A stretch of 61,199 bases of DNA from a virus (lineage: Duplodnaviria; Caudoviricetes). Below, one piece after another: positions 1 through 8,025 of this stretch. The notes below the pieces were generated by a model that made no database searches, was not told where the DNA came from, and saw only the letters and a program-made list of their open reading frames with translations. The stretch spans positions 1-61,199 of IMG/VR virus record IMGVR_UViG_3300025141_000092; one strand, 5' to 3'. The stretch's first letter is position 1. Each line of letters opens with the position of its first letter. Both the position numbers and the translations under genes were made by a program.

Positions 1-1658
1 CCCGATTGTTCTTTTCGAGAAGCGGTGTCCCTTAAAGCGGTAGTTGCTGTAGCAGTAACATCCTTTCTCCTTTTGGGGTCAGGTCCTGGGTTTTTCTTTG
101 AATGAGACTCAATATCGGAAGCAGCTTTTCGGTAAACCTTAGCACTTGCAATATCTTTGGCTGCTCTTTGTCCGTGACCATGTGCACTTATTGATTGACC
201 TGCTTTCTGTCTCTTTTGAGCTTCTCCCTGTCTGCCTTTAGTTCCATGAAACTTTCTGCCTCTGGTCCTAGCACGGCTTTCAGGGCTTCTTGTTTCAACT
301 AACTTGTTAACATATGCATTTGTGTAGTTCATTTGTGTTTCGTCCTCCATGGATTTATCTTTTAATTTTTGAGCAATAGCAGCTTCACCAGCCTTGGCTG
401 CTGTAGCTCCGTGTTTCCTAACTGCGGCTCCTGCTCTACCTCTCAGCTTGCCTAACTTACTACCCTTTCTAGCAGCTTTCGTGCCTCTAACAGCCTTCCC
501 TGCTTTAGCAGCATATTGTGCTCCCCTAGTACCTAAACCTGCTCCAGGGACTAGAGCGGCTGCATCACCTGCCATTTCCTTACCAAGCTCCTTTCTTCTT
601 TCTGGGTCTTTTTCACCACTTCTCTGTGTTCCCGCAATCCCTAGTGCAGCAGCGTCTCCTGCGGCTCCAACCCCTGGAACCATTCCTGCTACTCTGGCAA
701 CTTCTTTAGTTCCACCTAAAACCTTTCGACCTAGTTTAGTTTTGTCTGCTTTCTGAATTAATTTTTTAGCAAGGGATTCGTCAACGTCTGTAATATTCTG
801 CTTTGCTGCAAGTTCTGCTTTACGCTTCTCTTCTGCTTTCTTCTTTTCGGACTTACCTAGAACTTTTTTAGCAGCCATCCCTCCAACAGCCGCAACAGCC
901 CCAGTAGCTAATGCTCCTAGAATTTCATCCATTCGATAAGCTAAGTCCTTATAAGCTAAGAACTTATGATCTCTGATGCTACCGTGCTCTCGCTTATCAT
1001 CAGTCTCTTTTTGCTTGATTCCAACCCTACTTATGCGTGGACCTCCCCCTTTACCTGCTCTATTGTACTCTCCACTCTTAAGCTTCCTTGTCAAGTAAGT
1101 GCTTTTCATCCCTTTAGAAGGTTTAGTTTGTTTTGGCATTGTTATTTCATCCTTTCTTTTCTTTTCCGCTTTGTTGGCTTTGTCTATTGCTGCTTGATCT
1201 CGTTGTCTCTTTTCTTCTCTTCCTCTAGCAACGTCATCAGCGTGTTTCTTATTTGATCTATCACTTCTTCTTATTACTACACTATGCTTTCTTCTTTTTT
1301 TACCCTCAGGTGAGTTATGGTCAGTAGATAAGGAGGGTGATCGTCTGGGGTCATCAGCTTGATTAGAAGCACTAGCTCCAACTGCGGTCTTCTCTTTGTC
1401 TAAGGCAATTCTTTTCTGCTTTTCTACGCCCTCGTCTTTGCGATCTGCTGCTTTATCCATACGAGCTTTTAACCACTTCATAGCGTTACTATTGGCTCCT
1501 CTAACCTCTTCATGCTGCTGGAAATCTTCATCCTTTAACTCTACGCCTTTGATTGTACCTTTGTTTTTAGAAGCATAGAAGACATTCTCTCCTTGCTTAG
1601 AGCCGTACTCTTTTTTCATGTTCTTCATAATCTTTTTTCCTTTCTTGTTTAGTGGCAT
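1..1658 (-). CDS. Lys/Glu/Ala-rich putative internal head protein, 3'-truncated by the window edge (not in ORF track)
   Basis: ATG at 1658, 10 nt after the gp13 stop. Translates MPLNKKGKKIMKNMKKEYGSKQGENVFYASKNKGTIKGVE. Spot checks stay in frame at 932 (MDEILGALATG) and at 480-780. Its absence from the ORF track fits an ORF running off the window. Confidence 0.75.
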   Translation of the reverse strand, partial: MPLNKKGKKIMKNMKKEYGSKQGENVFYASKNKGTIKGVELKDEDFQQHEEVRGANSNAMKWLKARMDKAADRKDEGVEKQKRIALDKEKTAVGASASNQADDPRRSPSLSTDHNSPEGKKRRKHSVVIRRSDRSNKKHADDVARGREEKRQRDQAAIDKANKAEKKRKDEITMPKQTKPSKGMKSTYLTRKLKSGEYNRAGKGGGPRISRVGIKQKETDDKREHGSIRDHKFLAYKDLAYRMDEILGALATGAVAAVGGMAAKKVLGKSEKKKAEEKRKAELAAKQNITDVDESLAKKLIQKADKTKLGRKVLGGTKEVARVAGMVPGVGAAGDAAALGIAGTQRSGEKDPERRKELGKEMAGDAAALVPGAGLGTRGAQYAAKAGKAVRGTKAARKGSKLGKLRGRAGAAVRKHGATAAKAGEAAIAQKLKDKSMEDETQMNYTNAYVNKLVETRSPESRARTRGRKFHGTKGRQGEAQKRQKAGQSISAHGHGQRAAKDIASAKVYRKAASDIESHSKKNPGPDPKRRKDVTATATTALRDTASRKEQS

Positions 1659-1667
1659 AATAAATTC

Positions 1668-2552
1668 CTAGTATGTGCTAAAGCACGGTGGTTCCTCTAT
1701 CTCTTTAAGAAGTTCTTCCTTGAGCTTATCTTTTTCTTGTAGACTTGCTTCATATAATTCTTTTCCATTCAACACGGCTCCTCCTCCAGGAGAAGGAAGG
1801 GTTCTATACTTACCTCTGATTTCTCCAAGAATTCCCTTAGCTGCAGCTAAAGCAAATCTTTGAATCCAATTCTTATAGTAGGGATGCATGGTAGCTGAGT
1901 CTAATCCCCTAAAAGAAAGGATTACCGCTTGCGTATCTAATACAGGAGTAGGATATAAGGTTAAAAGGTTTCCATTAATAATATCCCAAGAGCCTTCTTG
2001 GCTTAAAATCTTTCTAACCATCTCAAGATGCTGTTGTATGAGATAGAAATCAGAAACACTAAAGTTACTGAATAAGAAATTATCTTGGAAATACTTAATG
2101 AAGAAATCAAACTCCAGAGTTCCTGCCATATTTTGAATGCTTAGGAGACTCTTCTTGTATACAACATAATTTAAGTTCGTAGCTATGTGAGTAGGAAGAA
2201 TATAAGCATTCACACCACCTGAACATTGAAAAGAAGCTAATTGATTACACCAAAAGGGAGCATGATAATCAAGATTAGTGATAGCCTCATCAATAGCTGT
2301 TTTAATTTGAAAGTCTGTGAGTTCAACACGAATAACAGGGTGACCTAATCTTCCCAAAATAAAGCTTCTTATTGTTTCTTCGAAGGGATTGAACTCAATA
2401 GGATCCCCTAGTTTACTTATATTTAATGTACTATTATCTATAGCGGTGGACCAAATATCAGTATCACCTAACCTATTACCTCCGTACTTGCCGAAGGTAT
2501 CTCCAAATCCTAATAAAATAGGATCTACTTTAGGTGCTGCTGCTGCTGCCAT
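1668..2552 (-). CDS. gp13: Neck protein (T4 gp13-like)
   Basis: RLGHPVIRVELTDFQIKTAIDEA and WIQRFALAAAKGILGEIRGKY...LPSPGGGAVLNG motifs; lies downstream of the capsid gene. Confidence 0.85.
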   Translation of the reverse strand: MAAAAAPKVDPILLGFGDTFGKYGGNRLGDTDIWSTAIDNSTLNISKLGDPIEFNPFEETIRSFILGRLGHPVIRVELTDFQIKTAIDEAITNLDYHAPFWCNQLASFQCSGGVNAYILPTHIATNLNYVVYKKSLLSIQNMAGTLEFDFFIKYFQDNFLFSNFSVSDFYLIQQHLEMVRKILSQEGSWDIINGNLLTLYPTPVLDTQAVILSFRGLDSATMHPYYKNWIQRFALAAAKGILGEIRGKYRTLPSPGGGAVLNGKELYEASLQEKDKLKEELLKEIEEPPCFSTY

Positions 2553-2757
2553 TTAATTCCTCATCAAAAACGGACTGTACTTTAGGCTTTTTAGGTCTAC
2601 CTTTTTTTATAATCTTAGGAGGAGCCGTTAATTCCTCTAAAAAGCGTGAGGTCACCAAGGAGATTGAAGTAAACTCCTCTCCTGGTCGTATCTCAACGAT
2701 TTCATTATCCACATGTAGTAACATGTTCCAACGGCATTTACTTCTATACTTGTGCAT
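2530..2757 (-). CDS. Small hypothetical protein
   Basis: GAGG RBS and a late-promoter-like motif upstream; fills the gap between gp23 and gp13. Confidence 0.6.
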   Translation of the reverse strand: MHKYRSKCRWNMLLHVDNEIVEIRPGEEFTSISLVTSRFLEELTAPPKIIKKGRPKKPKVQSVFDEELNGSSSST

Positions 2758-2786
2758 GTAGTACCTCTAATATATATAGAGAAGAG

Positions 2787-2822
2787 AAGAGGGCCAGAGG
2801 AGTAGAAACCTCTGGCCCTCTT
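2787..2822 (-). terminator. Intrinsic terminator after the major capsid gene (possibly bidirectional)
   Basis: Perfect 14-bp stem AAGAGGGCCAGAGG/CCTCTGGCCCTCTT with an 8-nt loop, 20 nt past the gp23 stop; pyrimidine runs follow on both strands. Confidence 0.8.
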
Positions 2823-2842
2823 ATTTTTTACCTACTTAGCTC

Positions 2843-4543
2843 TTAGACATAGCTAGGAACAGTAGTACCGTTGAAGGCAGTGTTCTTAGCGAATGGCTCG
2901 TAGAGGAAGTTAGAGGTGGGACCGATGATCCTGATAACACGATAGAAGTTGTTGTATGGTTCAATCGTGACCTTACCGTAGCGGGTAAGGATACCCTTCC
3001 TGGGCTGGAATGATTCGGGATCAACGATGGTGGGCAACTGCTGAAGTGGGATGTATGGAGCGTAAACATACCCAGCATCCATAGCGTTATCACCTTTGTA
3101 GCCCATGAGAATCTCATCAGTGGGGAACATTGGATCAACATAAAGATCGTAGCGACCCATGAACTTACCTTTGAATGCGATAGCACTCTTAGAGATGTTC
3201 GTAGGACCATCATTAGGCAGGATACCTCCCTCAAGCTTAGAAGCACTTTCGAGAAGTGAAGCAACTAAGGGTGAAGTAAGAATCCAGTTACCAGGACCAC
3301 GCATCGTTGTCTTGTAGATGTCTTGCGAAGCAAGGTTGATCACAGCAAGAAGGTTTGCGTACATCTCGCCAACGTGACGGGGGTACAAGGTCGCGCCTTG
3401 GCTTCTGCCGAAATCAATCGTATAAATGTTTGATTTTTGGGCAAATGCACCAAGCTCAGTGTTGGTTCCTGCACCTTCGGCTCCATCAAAGTCGTAGGTG
3501 AACTGCTTAGGAACGAAGAACCCAGCACTATCGGAGTCCTGGATACCAGCGAATGAAGATCCAGCAGTGCTGACTCCACCCATGTTGATGTAGTCGTTAT
3601 CCATTTGACCGATAGCAGCACCACCGTTGAGAGTCTTATGATAACCATAAGCAATCATGCGGAGGTCTTCAATAAGTTCACGGTCAACCTCAAGAGCAAG
3701 TTCCTTCGAAAGAAGGGTAGTAAGCTCTTTTTCAAGATCGAGGTTGTGATAAGCCTTAAGGTCTTGAGAAGCCTCAAGAGTCCAAAGGGCTCTCATCTTA
3801 CGAGTGTTTGCAACGACTGCTTCCTGCTCAATGTGGAAGGTCATCTCTGGAATACCAGTACCAGTTAAACGCTCACCAGCCGAAAGCTGATAACCGTAAA
3901 TAGCACTAGCGTTAGGGAAGGCAGCAATCTGACCACCCATGGTACCAGAAGGGGCACCAACACCAGCTACCTGACTTTCACCACCAAGCGCCGTGTCGTT
4001 AAGACCACTAACGGTATCAAGGACGTTAGAAACGTCGAAGCCATCATCAGCGTTATCACCGTCAAGGCCACCAGTTGTGCCTCGGGCACCGTTGATGCCG
4101 AAGGTGTTAGTACCTGCGACTGTTTGCTGGTCGTGATTTCCTTGAGAACCAATAGCCGAAGCGGTGAGACCTTTGTAAGTAAGGTTGAACTTACTGTACA
4201 CAGTTTCAACAGTGCTACCGTTCTTAACACGGTCGTTACCAAGATAGAAAACTTGGCTTACTGGGCCTTGCATGGGCTGAACACCAACAAGGTTGTTGGC
4301 AATCAGATTAGGGTAGACCCGACGAACAAGAGGGAAAGCGAACTTTTGGAAAGTACCGAGTTGACCAGTTGTGGTTGCTCCTGCGGTAATTGCCTCGTTC
4401 ATTTTCTCCTCTACAATAGACTTTGCTTGGTTCTCAAGAAGTTGTGCTGTAACTCGACGGGTATACTCGTTATCGATACCCTCAAGGACAGGCTCCCACT
4501 TTTGGACCAGCGTTTCATCAGTTTGATGCATTACATCTAGCAT
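2843..4543 (-). CDS. gp23: Major capsid protein (T4 gp23-like)
   Basis: KWEPVL, LLENQ, PLVRR...VGVQPMQGP, RKMRALWTLEASQDLKAYH and YAPYIPL...DPESFQPRKGILTRYG motifs. Confidence 0.97.
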   Translation of the reverse strand: MLDVMHQTDETLVQKWEPVLEGIDNEYTRRVTAQLLENQAKSIVEEKMNEAITAGATTTGQLGTFQKFAFPLVRRVYPNLIANNLVGVQPMQGPVSQVFYLGNDRVKNGSTVETVYSKFNLTYKGLTASAIGSQGNHDQQTVAGTNTFGINGARGTTGGLDGDNADDGFDVSNVLDTVSGLNDTALGGESQVAGVGAPSGTMGGQIAAFPNASAIYGYQLSAGERLTGTGIPEMTFHIEQEAVVANTRKMRALWTLEASQDLKAYHNLDLEKELTTLLSKELALEVDRELIEDLRMIAYGYHKTLNGGAAIGQMDNDYINMGGVSTAGSSFAGIQDSDSAGFFVPKQFTYDFDGAEGAGTNTELGAFAQKSNIYTIDFGRSQGATLYPRHVGEMYANLLAVINLASQDIYKTTMRGPGNWILTSPLVASLLESASKLEGGILPNDGPTNISKSAIAFKGKFMGRYDLYVDPMFPTDEILMGYKGDNAMDAGYVYAPYIPLQQLPTIVDPESFQPRKGILTRYGKVTIEPYNNFYRVIRIIGPTSNFLYEPFAKNTAFNGTTVPSYV

Positions 4544-4559
4544 TTTATAAAATCCTTAT

Positions 4560-5201
4560 TTATAGATTTGAGAAAGGCATGTATTTCATGACCTCATCTG
4601 TTAAGAACTCATTATCTTTTTGAGTTCTTTCTTCGTTAATTTCTTTTTCTGAATTAGAAATAACAATAGCTTTTTCAGATGAGACAAATGCCTCCTCTTT
4701 TGAAGCTTCAAGATTAGCAACCTCTTCCTGAAGATGCTTATTGTCCTCTTCGGTCTCATAAAGTTGAGATTCCGTAAGGGATACTTTGTCACTGAGTACT
4801 TTAACAGTACTCTCTAACTTCTCATTTTCGTCAACAACTATGTTGATCTGCTCCGAAAGAACATCAAATTCCTCCTGAAGCTCACCGTACTGAGAAGTGA
4901 TATCGTTAACTGCGTTCTCTTCGTCGGCTTCAGAAAGTTCTAAAGCCATAAGGGAACGGACAGATTCAAACAGTCTAGCGTTTCTGAATACTTCGCTTTC
5001 TTCCGAAAGCTCAGTAAGAGCTTGTTGTTTAAGATCATCAACTTTAGTTCTAAGGTAAGCTGTTACTTTAGACTCTAAAAGGCGTACTTGTGATTGAACC
5101 TGCTCATTAATGGTAGAGTCCACGAGCTTGAAAATTGATTCAACTGTGGACTCATCAAGACCTTCGGGAAGAAGGTCGGCTATCTTTTTAATATTACTCA
5201 T
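4560..5201 (-). CDS. gp22: Prohead core scaffold protein (gp22-like)
   Basis: Acidic coiled coil lying between the prohead protease and the major capsid gene, as in T4. Confidence 0.7.
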   Translation of the reverse strand: MSNIKKIADLLPEGLDESTVESIFKLVDSTINEQVQSQVRLLESKVTAYLRTKVDDLKQQALTELSEESEVFRNARLFESVRSLMALELSEADEENAVNDITSQYGELQEEFDVLSEQINIVVDENEKLESTVKVLSDKVSLTESQLYETEEDNKHLQEEVANLEASKEEAFVSSEKAIVISNSEKEINEERTQKDNEFLTDEVMKYMPFSNL

Positions 5202-5283
5202 GAATAAAATCTCCTATAGATTCATATATATCTACAATATATATCTGTACTTTATACTTTTTTTTTAAAAATGTAGGCGTTTC

Positions 5284-6633
5284 TTACTTATTAGCTCGCT
5301 TCGAGCCGTAGTCAGTAGCCCACTTATGAATCTTCTTGCTTGCTTCGGCTCCTTTTGAGATACCCTCACCTGTCTTCTTAACAAGCCCCTTAACAGCGTC
5401 TCTTGTTGGTCCATGAATCGCTCTAGTAGTATGAGAAGTTCCTCTCTTCAAGGGGCTCGCAGTCTTATCATAAGCTCTCTGCTCTTCACCAGCCATTGTG
5501 GACCGTGCCTTTGCGCTCTTAGATTTTTCTCGTTTTCCGTGAGTCTTAGTTGCCTGCTTTATACCCTCTCGACCCTGTGCTCCTTTGGCTTTAACATCTT
5601 TCAATTCTTCGCCTCGTCTGGCCTTACCTGCAATCTTAGAACCTTCGGCTTCACCTTTAGCTTTTGCGATTGCCATACCCTTGGCTGATTTCTCTGCGTG
5701 TTTACGCTCTGATCTCTGACGTAATGCGCGGGATACGTGACCCTCTTTCTTTTCTTTACGAGTAACAGTTACATTTTTGGTGTCTGTGTCCTCAGAATCC
5801 AAGAAATCTGACGTAGCCTCATCAATCTCGTGACCCATAGCTACTGCAAGAGCTTCCGCAATCCTGTGCCAGTGACCATCAGCCTTAACTAGTTCGAAGT
5901 GGTCTTTCATACTAGTCCGCTTAAAGGCTTCAGTTTCCGCTTGCGCTTCTTGTGCCTCTGCTTTCTTTTTAGCTTCGGCTTTTTCTCTAGCGGCTTTAGT
6001 TTTTTTAGACTCTCTAGACTCTTCAATCCAAGGCTGATAAGCATTCCGCATCTTAGACTCAAGCATAGTAATAAAGTTGCTCTCTTTTTCCAACTTACCT
6101 TGAGTAGTTTTAGCAAACGCCGCTTCTCTAGATTCAGAAAGACCAGGGAAAGCTCCTCTGGTGGAAGGATCAGCAACGAGATCAAAGGTTACAAGGTTAA
6201 AGTCTTCGTTTACAATCTTAGATCCATTTGCATCCTCGGAAAGAGTGCCCATTCCACGAGATGAAATACCTATCTTAACTCCACCATTTACTAATGCCTG
6301 GGCAGTTAAGCCAGCAGGAGTTTTAAGAATTTCAGCTTCTCCGATTACCTCATTACCTTCCATATGGAGTTTGGTAACTAAGTGCGAAGCATTCGAAAGC
6401 TTAACTGTATCATTCTGTGGGTGATCTAACTCCCCACACAACCTACGCTCCTCGATAAGAGGCTGCATCTTCTTGATCTGACCTTCAAGGACTTTAGTAG
6501 GATAAATTCTCCCATTATTATTAGCTTCTTCGGCTCTCTGAAAAGTTCCTCGAATTTTCATCTTACTCTTACCCGAACCCTCTTCAATTATTTGAAGATT
6601 ATCCATAATATAAACGTCTTGTATTAGTTGCAT
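5284..6633 (-). CDS. gp21: Prohead protease (gp21-like) with a long Lys/Arg-rich C-terminal extension
   Basis: NNNGRIYP, GELDHP, GISSRGMG and FDLVADPST motifs. Start moved to MQLIQD (6633), which abuts the upstream stop. Confidence 0.9.
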   Translation of the reverse strand: MQLIQDVYIMDNLQIIEEGSGKSKMKIRGTFQRAEEANNNGRIYPTKVLEGQIKKMQPLIEERRLCGELDHPQNDTVKLSNASHLVTKLHMEGNEVIGEAEILKTPAGLTAQALVNGGVKIGISSRGMGTLSEDANGSKIVNEDFNLVTFDLVADPSTRGAFPGLSESREAAFAKTTQGKLEKESNFITMLESKMRNAYQPWIEESRESKKTKAAREKAEAKKKAEAQEAQAETEAFKRTSMKDHFELVKADGHWHRIAEALAVAMGHEIDEATSDFLDSEDTDTKNVTVTRKEKKEGHVSRALRQRSERKHAEKSAKGMAIAKAKGEAEGSKIAGKARRGEELKDVKAKGAQGREGIKQATKTHGKREKSKSAKARSTMAGEEQRAYDKTASPLKRGTSHTTRAIHGPTRDAVKGLVKKTGEGISKGAEASKKIHKWATDYGSKRANK

Positions 6634-6634
6634 T

Positions 6635-7075
6635 TTACTTTCCTTTTTCTCCTTTGTCAAGGACGCCATCGGCTCCCCCGATACCTTTTGCTTTTTTCAT
6701 GGATCTGCTTCCATGCCTTGCGGCTAATTCTTTTGAGCCTTTGCCGTGTCGTAGTTCAGTTCGGGCTGCATGTTTTTTAATGCTACCCCAATCGGAACTA
6801 GGCGTAGAGCTTCCAGGCGTAAACCCTTTAGCAATTTTACCTCTGCCACTTTTCTTACCCCACTTTCCTTTTGAGATTACATAAGTTCTAGCTGCTCCTT
6901 TTGTCGAAAAGATCTCACCCACTTTACCAGCACTCAAAGCATCGCGTATAGTATTATAAGTTTTTACTCTACCTTTTTGTGATTTCGACTGCTCTTTGCT
7001 TTTTTCTTCCTCTTCGTATACCTCTTCCCCTGATTGGTACTCTTTTAGTCTACGAAGAAGAGCAGCTATTTTCAT
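6635..7075 (-). CDS. Basic hypothetical protein (prohead core/internal protein candidate)
   Basis: Lys/Gly-rich; coupled to neighbours by overlapping or adjacent start/stop codons; occupies the T4 gp67/gp68 position. Confidence 0.65.
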   Translation of the reverse strand: MKIAALLRRLKEYQSGEEVYEEEEKSKEQSKSQKGRVKTYNTIRDALSAGKVGEIFSTKGAARTYVISKGKWGKKSGRGKIAKGFTPGSSTPSSDWGSIKKHAARTELRHGKGSKELAARHGSRSMKKAKGIGGADGVLDKGEKGK

Positions 7076-7563
7076 GAGTGCCTACGAACTTTTGAGCGTA
7101 ACGATTCTTTAAGAACATCCTTTCGTGATTTCTTTCGTTTAGATTTGGGCTTAGTAGCCTCGGGTCCAGCGAAATTAACACCCCCCATTCCTGAAAAGGT
7201 TCCAGTCATTTCTTTAATAAGTCCCTTTACTTCTAAAAGCAAATCAATGATTTCATTACCTTGGCTTTCTGTAAGAAGTCCTGCAGAAGGTAAAGGCTCA
7301 CCTGTTAAGGCATTTGTAGGCTCTACCTCTGGTTCTTCATATTGCTCAAGCTCTTGAGAAGGCCAAGGGTTAGGGTTGTATGATTCTCCAAACAATACTG
7401 CTTTTCGGAAATCTTCAGGGACTTCTACCTCACTAATATCGCGCTGATTAGCTTCAACCTTAGGACTATTCTTATCTCGTCGTGGAGGCAAAGCCTTACC
7501 AGTTTTGATTTGTTGAATGTCTTCTTCGATTAAGCTCGCAGCAAAATCGCCAATGCCCTTCAT
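7072..7563 (-). CDS. Hypothetical head-module protein
   Basis: Translationally coupled; acidic N-terminal half and basic C-terminus. Confidence 0.65.
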   Translation of the reverse strand: MKGIGDFAASLIEEDIQQIKTGKALPPRRDKNSPKVEANQRDISEVEVPEDFRKAVLFGESYNPNPWPSQELEQYEEPEVEPTNALTGEPLPSAGLLTESQGNEIIDLLLEVKGLIKEMTGTFSGMGGVNFAGPEATKPKSKRKKSRKDVLKESLRSKVRRHS

Positions 7564-7934
7564 TACTCTTCTTCTTCTTCCTCTACGGAACCTAGAAGAA
7601 GCTCCGCTAAAGCTGAGTCAATAACCTCGTCAATATCTTCGTCGCCCTCATTGATTTGAGAGAGACGATCAACAAGACCTAAGACAACATCAAGGTGCTC
7701 AAGAAGGGACTCTTCTGAAATCTGCTCTTCAAGCTCAGAGGTGCAAAGAGGACAAACATGGCAGGCTTCTTGGAGTTCTTGGAGTTCTTCTACTTCCTCA
7801 GTCTCTGCGGCCTCAGTCTCTTGTTTAACAGTCTCGGTTGCCTCGCTTAAAACAGGGGTAATACCAGCCTTGCCCCAGGCAGCGGCTTCTAGTAGCTGGT
7901 TACGAAGTTCGTCACTTAATTTTGTGTGATCCAT
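7563..7934 (-). CDS. Acidic hypothetical protein with a CHVCPLC...H possible Zn finger
   Basis: AAGGA RBS; first gene after a late-promoter-like motif at 7981. Confidence 0.65.
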   Translation of the reverse strand: MDHTKLSDELRNQLLEAAAWGKAGITPVLSEATETVKQETEAAETEEVEELQELQEACHVCPLCTSELEEQISEESLLEHLDVVLGLVDRLSQINEGDEDIDEVIDSALAELLLGSVEEEEEE

Positions 7935-8025
7935 AATATTATTCCTTAATAAATATAAGATTAGAATTAATCTCTATTCTTATCTAGCATTTTCCTCGGT
8001 AGAAGCGAGTTTTTTTTATTTTTTG

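Noticed and set aside
2836-4242. Alternative-frame ORFs within gp23
   Set aside because: Explained by codon bias in a highly expressed gene; no initiation signals noticed
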